A DNA stretch of 56,085 nucleotides from Chiloscyllium plagiosum (taxonomy: Eukaryota), in contig NC_057718.1 in assembly GCF_004010195.1 (NCBI RefSeq), positions 3,512,932-3,569,016 of the forward strand, given 5' to 3'. The position numbers and the translations under genes are program-made. Shown here piece after piece: positions 22,042 to 34,691 of the stretch. Position 1 is the first letter of the stretch; each line of letters begins with the position of its first letter. The notes below the pieces were generated by a model, which was given only the letters and a program-made list of their open reading frames with translations, was not told the DNA's origin and did no database searches.

Positions 22042-25000
22042 CTAGTATGGCAGGGGGGTGGGAACCTGAGCTGTATACCGGAGGTGAGAGTTGACGCAGA
22101 TGAGGCAATAGCAAGAGGTAGACCAGCTAGTGGGAAGGATTTCCTGGGAAGGAACCAAGGGATCAGTTAAAGTGTGTTTGCTTTAATGCAAGGGTATCAG
22201 GAATAACAGTGATGAACTTAGAGCATGGCTCAGTACCTGGTGCTATGATGTTGTGGCCATAACAGAGAGATGGGTTTCTCAGGGGCAGGAATGGTTGCTG
22301 GATGTTCCAGGGTTTAGAGCATTTAAAAAGAATAGGGAGGGGGGGAAAAAGAGGAGAGGGTGTAGCACTACTAATCAGAGAGGGTATCACAGCTACAGAA
22401 GCTTCCATTGTCGAGGAGGGTCTGCCGACCGAGTCAGTATGAGTGGAAATTAGGAACAGCAAGGGAGCAGTCACCACGTTAGGGGTTTACTACAGGCCCC
22501 CCCAGTAGCAGCAGGGAGATTGGAGAAAGCATAGGTCGGCAGATTTTGGAAAAGTGTGGACGTAGTAGGGTTGTTGTAGTGGATGACTTTAAGTTTCACA
22601 ATATTGATTGGAACCTCCTTCGAGCAGAAGATTTGAATGGAGCTGTTTTTGTAAGGTGTGTTCAGGAGGGTTTCCTAACTCAGTACGTTGACAGGCCGAC
22701 GAGGGGAGAGGCCATTCTAGACTTGGTGCTCAGGTATCAGACCTTGTGGTGGGAGAGCATTTTGGTGATAGTGACCACAACTGCCTCACATTGTACATAG
22801 CTATGGAGAAGGAGAGAAGCAGGCACAATGGGAGGATATTTAATTAGGGAAGAGGAAACTATGATGCAATTAGACATGAGTTAGGATGCATGGACTGGGA
22901 GCAATTGTTCCATGGTAAAGGCACTATAGACATGTTGTTGCGAGCGATGAATAAATATGTCCCTCTGAGACAGGCAAGAAGGGGCAAGATAAAGGAACCT
23001 TGGATGATGAGAGCGGTGGAGCTCCTCATCAAAAGGAAGAAGGTAGCTTACGTAATGTGGAGGAAGCTAGGGTCAAGCTCAGCTCTAGAGGATTACAGGC
23101 AGGTGAGGAAGGAGCTCAAAAATGGTCTGAGGAGGGCCAGGAGGGGGCACGAGAAAGGCTTGGCAGAACGGATTAGGGAGAACACAAAGGCATTTTACAC
23201 TTATGTGAGGAATAAGAGAATGGTCAAAGAAAGAGTAGGGCCGATCAGAGATAGCATAGGGAACTTGTGTGTGGAGTCTGAGGAGGTAGGGGAAGCCCGA
23301 AATGAGCTTTTGCTTCTGTCGTTAGGAAAGAAACAAACTTTGTAGTGAATGAAAACTTTGAAGAGCAGGTGTGCATTCAGGAATGGATAGAGACAGAAGA
23401 AGCTGACGTGCTGAAAATTTTGTCAAACATTAAGATTGACAAGTCGCCAGGCCCGGACCAGATTTGTCCTCGGCTGCTTTGGGAAATGAGAAATCCAATT
23501 GCTTCACCACTTGCGAAGATCTTTGCATCCTCGCTCTCCACTGGAGTCGTACCTGAGGACTGGAGAGAGGCAAATGTAATTCCTCTCTTCAAGAAAGGAA
23601 ATAGGGAAATCCCTGACAATTACAGACCAGTCAGTCTCACGTCTGTCGTCTGCAAGGTGTTAGAAAGGATTCTGAGGGATAGGATTTATGACCATCTGGA
23701 AGAGCATGGCTTGATTAAATGCAGTCAACACGGCTTTGTGAGGGGCAGGTCATGCCTCACAAACCTTATTGAGTTCTTTGAAGATGGGACTAGAAACGTT
23801 GATGAGGGTCGAGCTGTGGATGTGGTGTATATGGACTTCAGCAAGGCATTTGATAAGGTTCCCCATTGTAGGCTCATTCAGAATGTCAGGACGAATGGGA
23901 TACAGGGGACTTAGCTGTCTGGATACAGAATTGGCTGGCCAACAGAAGACAATGAGTGGTAGTAGAAGGAAAATATTCTGCCTGGAAGTCAGTGGTGTGT
24001 GGTGTTCCACAAGGCTCTGTCCTTGCGCCTCTACTGTTTGTAATTTTTATTAATGACTTGGATGAGGGGATTGAAGGATGGGTCAGCAAGTTTACAGATG
24101 ACACAAAGGTTGGAGGTGTCGTTGACAGTATAGAGGGCTGTTGTAGGCTGCAGCAGGACATTGACAGGATGCAGAGATGGGCTGAGAGGTGGCAGATGGA
24201 GTTCAACCTGGGTAAATGTGAGATGATGCATTTTGGGAGATCGAATTTTAAAGCTGAGTACAGGATTAAGGGTAGGATTCTTGGCAGTGTGGAGGAACAG
24301 AGGGATCTTGGTGTAGATCCCTTAAAATGGCCACCCAAGTGGACAGGGTTGTTAAGAAAGCATATGGTGTCTTGGCTTTTATTAATGGGGGGATTTAGTT
24401 TAAGAGTCATGAGATCTTGTTGCAGCTCTATGAAACTTTGGTTAGAGCGCACTTGGAATACTGCGTCCAGTTCTGGTCACCCTATTATAGGAAAGATGTG
24501 GATGCTTTGGAGAGGGTTCAGTGGAGGTTTACCAGGATGCTGCCTGGACTGGAGGGCTTATCTTATGAAGAGAAGTTGACTGAGCTCTGACATTTTTCAT
24601 TAGAGAAAGGAAGGAGGAAATGGGGCCTGATTGAGATATACAAGATAATGAGAGGCATAGATAGAGTCGATAGCTAGAGACTATTTCCCAGGGCAGAAAT
24701 GGCTAACACGAGGCGTCATAGATTTAAGCTGGTTGGAGGAACGTATAGAGGGGATGTCAGAGGCGGGTTCTTTACACAAAGAGTTGTGAGAGCATGGAAT
24801 GCGTTAACAGCAGCAGTTGTGGAAGCAAGGTCATTGGGGACATTTAAGAGACTGCTGGACATGCTGGTCCACATCCATGAACACCAACTAGCCACGAAAC
24901 GACATGACCAGCTATCCTTAGCAGCCACACACTCAGATGGCAAGCAACATGAGTTTGATTAGGACAACACTACTATTATAGGGCAAGCCAAACAGAGAGC

Positions 25001-25351
25001 AGCCAGGCACTCATCCACAGATTCAATCAATAAGCACATCGACCTGAACCCAATATACTGGCCACTGCAGCAGACAGCTGGAACTGACAACCGGAAGCGG
25101 CAGGTACAAATCACTATAAATGCCGGAGGAAAGATCACAGAAGCGCTTTACAGGAGGCTCCCAAGCACTGAAGATGTCACCTAGACAGGGGACGAAACGT
25201 CTGCAACACAAATTCCCAGCTTGGCGAACAGAACCACAACAGGACATGCATATGGTCACAGAAATTTAAGGATGCATACATGAGGATCAATGTTCAGCAC
25301 AACATCGTGGACTGAAGGGCCTGTTCTGTGCTGTACTGTTCTATGTTCTAT
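22042..25351 (+). mobile_element. Near-complete CR1-like LINE ORF2 (endonuclease + RT), frameshifted, with 8-bp TSD
   Basis: Consecutive ORFs 22253-24962 cover EN and RT (GVPQGSVLAP, KFTDDTK); (TTCTATG)n tail; GTTTGGCA duplicated at 22034-22041 and 25352-25359. Confidence 0.95.
24865..25241 (+). mobile_element. Penelope-like 3' fragment nested in the CR1, 8-bp TSD
   Basis: IHEHQLATKRHDQLSL...HEFD resembles the GIY-YIG C-terminus; GGACATGC duplicated at 24857-24864 and 25242-25249. Confidence 0.8.
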
Positions 25352-26589
25352 GTTTGGCAGCATTTGTGGAAAAGAATCAAAGTTAACGGTTCGGGTTCAG
25401 TGACCCTTCCCCAGGAACTCTTATTTACAACTTTCTGAGTTCAACTCCGACGGATTGTGAACCCATCCTTCCCTTTCTTTTGCTTGTCACATTCTCAGTT
25501 AGCATGTCCTCTCCCCCACTCCCCATCTCCATGGAGTTATATTCTTCCTAAATGTCCCCTTCTAGAAGAAAGTGTATCTGTCACTGTGTTCCTGGAGCTG
25601 ACCTTCTCCTGCCCAGTGTGTCTCTCAGGGCAGGGAGCTTTGTGTCAGAGTGTACACACTGCGGTGTTTGTGCATCAGTAGTGGAGTGGACATTTGTGGA
25701 TGTGATACCAATCAAGGGGCTGCTTCATCCTGGATGGCGTCAAGCTTCTGGGTGTTGTTGGAACTGCACCCATCCAGGCAAGTCATCCACCACACTCCTG
25801 ATTGGGGGTTGCAGGTGGTAGGCAGTCTTTGAGGAGACAGGAGGTCAGTTACTTACTGCAGGATACCTAGGCTCTGACCTGCTCATGTAGCCCCTGTGTT
25901 TACATGAGTTTCTGGTCATCAATAACTCCTGGATGTTGATAGTGGGGGATTGTCTCATGGCAATACCATTGAATGTTAAGGAACAGCAATGAGATTGCCT
26001 CTTATTCGAGATGGGGGTCACTGCCTGACACATGTGTGATGCAGGTTTTACTTATCACACGTCAGCCCAAATCTGGATATTGTCCAGACCATGCTATATT
26101 TCAACATGGACTGCTTCAGTGTCTGAGGAGTCACAAATGGTGCTGAACATTGTCCAATCATTGACAAACATTCCCATTTCTAACCTATTGATGGAGGAAA
26201 GATCATTGATGGTTGCACCTGAGGGCGAGAGTGAGCTGCAGTGCTCCTGGCTGAGCTCACCCTGCTCTTCGTTTGGAGATTCAGTCCATCCACGACAGGA
26301 AAACATTTACTATTCCCCATCCTCAACTCCACCCTGACCCCCAAGTGGGTCCTCCCAATTGTTGCAGCCCTCAAGCCCTCATCCCTGTCTCTCTCAGATG
26401 GTGCAGTCCAAATGTAGTAAGGCAGACTTGATTCAGGAGTTCAAGGTCAAGGATTCCCAACGAACAAGTGACCATGAGATGATAGAATTCACATGGCAGT
26501 TTGAGAAGGAGATGATTGAATCATATGTAACAGGATTACAACTGAGCAAAGATTAATACAAAGACATGAGGGAGGAGCTGGCTAGAGTT

Positions 26590-28030
26590 ATAAACTTTAT
26601 AACAGACCCAGTCCAGGACTCTCAACCCCCTCCACAGCCTCTTGGCCCCTCCGCCCGGGTTCTCAGCCCATTCTCTCCCAAACCCTAACCTCAGCAGAAG
26701 CAGCACAGTCAGCTCACTGCCCTGGATCACAGATCATTCCCCTGACTCCTGCCAATCAGTCAGGCAGTGATAGGTATGGAGCGAGTGACAGAGAGGGAGC
26801 GAGTGATAGAGTGAGTGACAAAGAGGGAGTGACAGAGAGGGAGCAAGTGATTGAGTGACAAAGAGAGTGGGAAGGAGCGAGTGACAGAGAGGGAGTGAGT
26901 GACAGACAGGTAGTGAGTGACAGAGATGGAGTGACAGTGAGGGAGTGACAGGAAGTGAGTGAGTGGCAGTGAAAGAGTAAGGATGTGTGAACAGTGAGAG
27001 CGAATGTGTAATGTTTAATGAAGGTCAATGAAGGTAAGTGAGTGAGTGAGGATGAGTGTGTGAGGATGAGTAATCATGACTGAGATGGTGAGTGTGGAGT
27101 GAGAGTGAATAAGTATGGGTGAGTGAGGGTAGGCGATGAGCAAGTGATGGTGAATGAGGGTCAGTAAGGATCAATGAGAGTGAATGAGGGAGAGTAAGTG
27201 ATTCTGGGAAATGAGTGACTGAGCTGTGAGTGAGGCACGAGTGATGTATGAGTCAGGGTGACTGAGGATTCAGTGAGGAGTGTCAGAGGAATGAGTGAGG
27301 GTCACTGAGAATGTGACAGTGAGTGAGGTTTAGATGTTAGAATAATTGCAGATTGATTTTCAATGAGAAAAAGCCATTATTTACGGGATTTTCAAGCTGT
27401 TTTGGAGGAGAACTGGCTGGGGTCAGAAGTCAATACAATTTCTCTCCTTGATGGAAGAATGTGGCAGTTCAGAGAAAACTTTGTTATCCCCATGTAAAAG
27501 CTTAGTTAGTGACACTTCCACAGGAGTGTCTGCAGTTTATTAAAAGACTGAGAAAGTCTAATCTCACGTGGTTTGATTTTCCAATGAGGGGCAATCTCTC
27601 CCTGATTGCCACTGTACCACTTCCTTTTTTCTCCAAAAGGAGGGACTTCCATGTAACTGAGAGGAGATTTCGATCAGGACTCATTCAGAAATGCAGAACC
27701 GTATTTCTATTCTGACAGTTCTTGTGGAGCAGAGTATGTCACAGGAAGTCTAACTGCAGTCCCCAATGTTACAGCTGTCAGCTGTCACCTTCTGCAATTA
27801 AAAGGAAACCTTCAATGTAATTTGAGGTAGAAATGTAAAGAATCACAGGCAGCCACTTTAGCAGCTGCTGTTAAAATGTAAGGACGTCAGGTAGGTGTGA
27901 GGGTTCAGTGCTGGGAGGGTAGGTAGCCAGACTGGTAAAGGGATGGGGTAAATAGGATGTCAGGGATGAGAGTGCCAGCTCAGTAGGATACCAACTAGGA
28001 CAGGGTTAGGGTGACAGGTGCAAGTGGGAA
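26590..28030 (+). repeat. Paralogous copy of gene 1 intron-1 sequence (about 473-660 and 679-930), split by about 1 kb of GA-rich/unique sequence
   Basis: 26590-26770 (tataaacttt..aacagacccagtcc..gactctcaacccc...) matches about 473-655; 27831-28030 (aaatgtaaagaatcaca..cagccactttagca...) matches about 679-930; same order and strand. Confidence 0.8.
26770..27330. repeat. GA/GAGT-rich degenerate satellite
   Basis: Repeats of gagtgacagagagg / gagtgagt. Confidence 0.8.
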
Positions 28031-29029
28031 AGGGTTCAGATGTGGAGTGGGGCAAGAAGGGAGCAAGTCAGGGTGTGGGGAGGGGATGTTAATTTAATCA
28101 TTCATGGGATGGGGGCATTGGACTGCCTCGACCCGCTTTTAATAACCAGCCAAATGAGGACAGAGGGCAGATGAGAGTCAACCACATTGATCTGTGTCTG
28201 GAGTCACATGTATGCCAGAGCAGGTAAAGGTGGCAGTTTCTTTCCCCAAAGAATATTAAAGAAACGGAATTTGCTTTGCTCTGGGTTTTAGATCTTTTAA
28301 ACTGTTCTCTACCTTTAGATAAAAATCGGATTGATTTATTTTTATTTTTATTTTGTATTGTGAAATAAATTCCTGAATCATTGTTGAAAAGAAAATCAAC
28401 TGGCTTGTGTGTCTTAATTCAGTGAATTAATAACAATTCAGCTAAAAGAAACAAGATCTATTTGGCCAAATTTCATTTTGAGTTCTGTCTTATCCAGAGT
28501 TCTCACCTGCTGGGATCATAATGGCATGGTGATGTGAAAATTCCCTGAACTTCTTCACCTTTCCCTGTTACAAGTAATGCCGTGGATCTGTTTTCATGCT
28601 GGCAGAGCTATTTTGCATCATTCTTAATGGCTCTGTGTCCTTTTTATAACATGGTGGTTGCAACTGCCACAGAACTCCAATTGGACGGGAACAAAGGGCT
28701 GATACAAATTCAGCTTAGATACACATAGAATCTATTCCTCTAGCAACAAAACCAGCATTATTACTGATGTGATAGGTAGTGTCCTTGCCTCTGAATCAGA
28801 CGTCCCCTGATGAAGTTCCACTCCAGGTCCAATGGCCAAGTAAAATAAGCTCATAATGAGGCCAAATGCATTGACAATCATTAAGCTGTAAATCCCTATG
28901 ATACCCCTATAGCAGGCAGGAAGAGTGGGAAATATTTTCTCGGTTTCTCTTACAACAGATGCTGCAAGACCTGAAGAGTTACTCCAGCACCTTGTGCTTT
29001 CATTTCACATCTCTCCTCAGACTCAAGCT

Positions 29030-29993
29030 GCTATAAGAGGATCTCAGTATCACTGGATTCCAATGTTTCTCTCCCCAGATCACCTCCTTTCCAGTTTATT
29101 TCCTCTAAAACCAAGTGCCATGCCAGTTCCTCAAATGCCTGGAACTTCTCAGCTCTGTCACGTAAAGGTACCTTTGGTTTATTCACCAATTCAATCAATG
29201 TGGGTTTGGAAAGTTCCTTGAAGACTAACAATGAAAACACTGTCATGTAAAAGAAATCTTTTGCCAGTTCCAGAGCCAAGACTTCAATGCAGAAGCAAAC
29301 CTTTTGTTTTCCTTCACTTGCTTTATTCACTAATAACACACCCAAATCCTCAATGCTTCTCTTTCAAATCATTCCTGGCCAAGCCCCCTAACCTTATTCC
29401 TCTTCCCTGGTACAGCTTTAGAAATCATGACCCACTAATCCAGGAGGCATCACAAATGGTCACGATTTTAAGAAGCACGCAAATCCCACTTTTATCTCTT
29501 TTTTTGGTACCAGGTTCACAGAGAGCACTAACCAGGTGCCAGAACATCACAAGAATCATTACTCATTGCAGATGAATGGACTGCAGCTACTCATAAACAC
29601 TTACAAACCTTCACCATACCCCTCTACTGTTTAATATTCTAACTCTATTATAAACTCCTCTTGCATGCATCTACAGACAGGCAAAGACAGAATAAACATG
29701 GGAGGGAAAGACTGGGAAAGCGGTAGACTGGCCACATTTCCCAGAGTTCTCTGAGATAACCCTTGTGGCTGGTGGGGATATGCGGTTCCTTGATGCTCCC
29801 TCTCTAATGACTTTCACTGGTGTGAAACAGATTCAGGGAGTCTGGCTCACACTCTGGATCCACACAATGTGGGATCAGTTTAATGGATCTCCCCTTGAGA
29901 GTCACTGCAAAGACTCAATGATTTATCTTCAATTCAATCTCTGAAACACATCACAGGTGGAGGCAACAACAACCTGCCTTGAAATAGCTCCAC
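29030..29993 (-). mobile_element. Older Gypsy-type remnant: 5' LTR, tRNA-Pro-like PBS and gag N-terminus
   Basis: Minus strand TAGGGGGCTTGGCCAGGAAT (about 29371-29390) resembles the tRNA-Pro PBS TGGGGGCTCGTCCGGGAT. It is followed by LALELAKDFF...ELSKPTLIELVNK, similar in position and character to the gag start at about 39645. The LTR end probably continues after the younger element (…gacaaca 40551-40557). Confidence 0.5.
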
Positions 29994-30648
29994 TATTACC
30001 ACAGAGAACTCCCAAATTCCACTATTTAAAGAAAACAACATCAATTTATTCTTTAACTCTGTATGTCAATATTAAACAACAACTATTCACAAATCTAAGT
30101 CCTCCCCTTTCTCTCAACTGCTTATTATCTGCCTCCACCTCTATAACAATATACTGTTCCAATAAGACATGCATTAGAATTACACCAACTTTATTTCAAA
30201 CCCACACAGTGACTGTTGTCTGCAGTGCCTATCTTCTTCTGGCTGAGGATCTCCCTGGGCCGTCTTCTTTCTTTTCACTGCAAACATGTTTCCAATGAAA
30301 AGGTATCTTGATTTCTTGGATCTGTTTTGATGGCAGTTGCGCCGACCTATTTTCATAATGGCTGCCTTTTTATATCCCCAACATTCAATCGTCTCATTTG
30401 TTTGAGGTTGGCAAAACAAGAAATTAAAACGCGATTGGTTTTTAGTATTCTGGGGCATAATTTAAACTGATTGGTTAAATTTGAAATGTTGCCAAAATAG
30501 CAACCATAGCCAAATGTTACATATTTTCAATTTTCCAGTAAAATTTGAGACTACTGTCTAGTCATATGACAGGTGCTTGTCAGCTCTCAATGCAGAACAG
30601 CATTCACTCTCTCTTAAAGGTACAGTACACACCTTCAGCTTCATAACA
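29994..30648 (-). repeat. 3' LTR of the Gypsy element (internal deletion near the left end)
   Basis: Aligns with 39926-40545 (acagagaactcccaa...ttca.aaca). Confidence 0.88.
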
Positions 30649-33600
30649 CCTCACCACTTAAGAAAAAAAATGAACTATCATAATGAAAAAGATTACCTCT
30701 GTTTTAAATTCTTAATCCTATTACACTGAAATACATGGGTCACTAATCGAAGTTCATATTAATTTCTGCACATTTACGTATAACATTGGAATTTGTCCAA
30801 TTTTATCAGTACTTTGTCCTTTAAATCCATGATAACGCATCTGCTATTGCATTTTATGACCCATCTCATGTATAATTTGTAAATCAAAAGTCTGTAACCT
30901 AAAACTCCAATGAAATAGTCTTTTTTTTTGCCTTTAAATCATTCCAAGAATGTAAGAGGCTTGTGATCCATCTACACAACTGTCTCCAACACATTGTTCA
31001 TCCCATAAACATGAAAATATTGTCAGGCCAGTACCAAACTCAATAATTTTCTTTCGATGGTAGAGTATTTTCTCTAGTGAGTGTTCAGCTTCTTTGAAAA
31101 GTATCCAACTGGCCATCCAATTCCATCATCATCTTCCTGTAGCAGTACAGCTCCAACTGTTATATTGCTAGTATCAATTGCAACTTTGAAGGGTTTCAAA
31201 AAATTTGGTGTAGCTGAAACTGGTTAGTACTGCTTTTAAATTGTCAAATGCCTCCTGGCATTGTTCCCACCACCAAAAGTTTGTGTTTAAATTGTCAAAT
31301 GCCTCCTGGCATTGTTCCCACCACCAAAAGTTTGTGTTCATTAGTAAATCTGTTAGCGGTGCCACCATGCTGTTGAAGATTGAAACAAATTTCCAGTAGA
31401 ATCCTCTTTCTTTGAGGATGGTCGTGGAAATTCCTCGATGGCTTTTGTCTTCGCATTCCTTGGGGTCAGCCTTCCATGATCCATGTTATGTCCTAGGAAC
31501 ATCACTTCTGCGTCCGCAAATTCTGTTTTCTTTAAGTTTATTACCTATTTTGCTCCTCTTAATCATTCAAAAGAACTCTGGCAACTGTACAACATGATCT
31601 TTCCATGACTCACTAAAGATCACTACATTATCCAGATAAACTGCACAGTTTGCTTTAATCCAGCCACAACTCTGTTCATGAGACTTTGGAATGTGACTGG
31701 TGCATTCTTCATTCCAAAAGGCATCACTTTGAATTGGTATAGTCCATTTGGGGTTACAAATGCAGTAACTTCTTTTGCTTTCTCTGATAAATGTACCTGC
31801 CAATAACCACACAGTAAGTCCAACATTTTGATGTAACTGGCTTGTCTAACTTTCTTTATACAGACCTCCAATCTTGATATTGGGTATGAGTCCAACTTTG
31901 TGATGGCATTGACCTTCCGGTAGTCCACGCAAAATTGTTGAGTCCTGTCAGGTTTGGGAATTAACATGATCGGTAAACTTCACTCCCTCTGACTCGGGTT
32001 CAATGATAACTTTATTGAGCATCACATCCACTTCCTTCTGGACCTGTGTGGCTTTTAAAGGTTTAAGTCTGTAGGAGTGTTGTTTTATTGGAACAGCATT
32101 CCCACTTCCACCTCATGCACAATAGTATTAGTCCTCCCCATCTAATTCCTGCACATATCCTCATATTGCTGCAACAAACCTTTCAACTAGGCTCTTTGCT
32201 CCTGAGGTAAAAACGAGTGTTTGCTACTTTCTCCCCACCCCCACCCTCCTCTAGCTTATCTCTCCACGCTTCAGGCTCTCTGCCTTTATTCCTGATGAAG
32301 GGCTTTTGCCCGAAACATCGATTTTGCCTGTCCTCGGATGCTGCCTGAATTGCTGTGCTCTTCCAGCACCACTGATCCAGAATCTTTGCTCCTGAGACAG
32401 ATAGTTCAGTAATCTCCTCAAAGGCTTACTCATTATTTAACATATGTTGAGGCACATCAAACTCCATGACATTTGGATTTGATTCCTCACTTTGTTAGGC
32501 AGTAACTAACATCTGTTTCTCCAGTTCCCTGTCTATTATAGTAAGGTTTCAACATATTCGCATGACATACCCGGTACAGAGTTTTTCCATCCAGCATCTT
32601 TGTAAGATAGCTTACCTGATTTAAATTTTTTTCTCAATTTGATTGGGACCACTAAACCTGGCTTTGAAGAGATCTCCTACCACTGGTAACATGACTAATA
32701 CATCATCCCCAGGGGAAAACGTCTGGATTTTAGAGATTTTATCTGCCACCTGCTTCATTCTATGATGTGCCCTCTTCTGCTGCTATTTAGCTCACTCTCC
32801 TACCTGATTTAATCTCTCCCTCACCTCCGATAAATAATCCGAGTGTGAGACCTTAGACTTCGGTTCTATAATTTTTTTCTTTAATTGATTTCAAAGGCCC
32901 TCTCACATCATGTCTGAATATTAACTCAAAGGGAGTAAACTGAGATGATTCATTTGGGGCATCTCTAATGGCAAACAATATGAATGGGACATCTTTACCC
33001 AAACATATGGGTAATCCTGACAGTACATTCTTAACATGATCTTCAGGTTCTGATGCCACCTTTCCAAAGTTCCCTGGGATTCAGGATGGTATGCACTTGA
33101 TTAAAAGTGCTGTCTGCCTAAGCTTTCCATGATTTCCTTAAACAGCCTAGCAGTAACATTAGACCCTGGGTCTGACTGAATCTCTCTGCATAGTCCATAC
33201 CGCATAAAGAAAGACGCTAACTCCTGTAACCACTCATTTTGCATTTATCCTCCATAATGGTAAGCAAGCACTGGTTTCCACTTTTAGTTTTCGGGAGGGG
33301 ACCCACATAATCAATCATTACCCATGTGAAAGGTTCTTCAAATGCGGGAATTGTCAACAAAGGTGCTGGTTTTATTACTGCCTGTGGCTTGCCACCTCCA
33401 TTCACCCATTGTACTCTATGCTACTTTTTCCCCACCCCACCCCCCTATCATTTATCTCTCCACTCTGCAGGCACTCTGCCTCTATTCCTGATGAAGGGCT
33501 TTTGCCCGAAACGTCGATTTTCCTGCTCCTCGGATGCTGCCTGACCTGCTGTGCTTTTCCAGCACCACTCTAATCTAATCACTACCATTTGGCATGTATG

Positions 33601-34691
33601 ACACGTACGGTAGAACTTAACCATATTCTTGTGCATTCCAGGCCAATAGAAATGCTTTTGTGCCTTAGCCTGAGTCTTCCTCACACATCGGTGACCTCCT
33701 TCTGGTAATTTCTGTGCTTCCTGAAACACTTCCTATCTATATGCTACCAGCAACACAATCTGGTGAACTGTGACCCATTTTTCCTCTGCAATAACCTGTC
33801 ATGGTATCCATTTTCATCTGAGGATTCTATCTTTCAGATAATAACCTCAGGAATCCATTCTGATTCCTTTTCTGAATATACATCAATGTATACATCTTTT
33901 ATTGTCTCATCTTTCTGTTGTAAGACCATTAGCCTTATCACAACTAAAATCTTCTGCCTGACCCTCTTCCTGTTCAAGTTTTTCATATACCATTCCCTCA
34001 AACACAGTGTTCACTTACTGAACCTCAACTCCTTCATCATTCTGTTTAGTTTTTGTTTCTTACTCTGCCTCATGATAGTGAGATCTTGTTATTGCACAGT
34101 CTGGGAAAATTCCAGGGTATTTTTCTTTAAACTCCTCAGTTCCCTGACCTTCCTTTGGCTTCTTCACACCAAGGGGTGTCACTCCCACCTTGGATCCTGC
34201 TAAATCATTCCTAAGAACAAACAGTATTCCTGGAACTGACACTCTGTCAATCACCACTATTACTACTCCAGTCTTGATTTGGCTCTACCACCTGATCTTA
34301 ACACAGGAGAATGTTAAGTTTCTGTCCACCTAACCCAAAGATTATCATTCTCTCGGGTAAAAAGTCAGAAAGAGTGCAAATACGTTCATCTTTTACGATT
34401 AGAGAATGATTAGAGATTATTAGATCCCATAGCTCTCAAAACTATAACTTGTCCCTTGTCCCCCTATTCTTCCTGTTTAGATTTTATCCACAGAGGCGAA
34501 GTCTTTGTAGAGATTGGGTACTACCTCAACACCCAGCCTCTGCCGAGGCTGTGCACACTCCCACAGTTCCTCGACTTTTGTTTTGGTTTCCTTTACTACT
34601 TTCACTAATGTCACTGGCTTAGCCTCTTTTAGTGCATCTTTTTCCACAGTACTTTCCTTTAAAGACCAACACTGTGACTTGGACAGTTGTG

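Noticed and set aside
27719-27760. Start of another V exon (acceptor-like tatttctattctgacag then xLVEQS)
   Set aside because: Stop after about 11 codons and no Cys/Trp framework in any frame.
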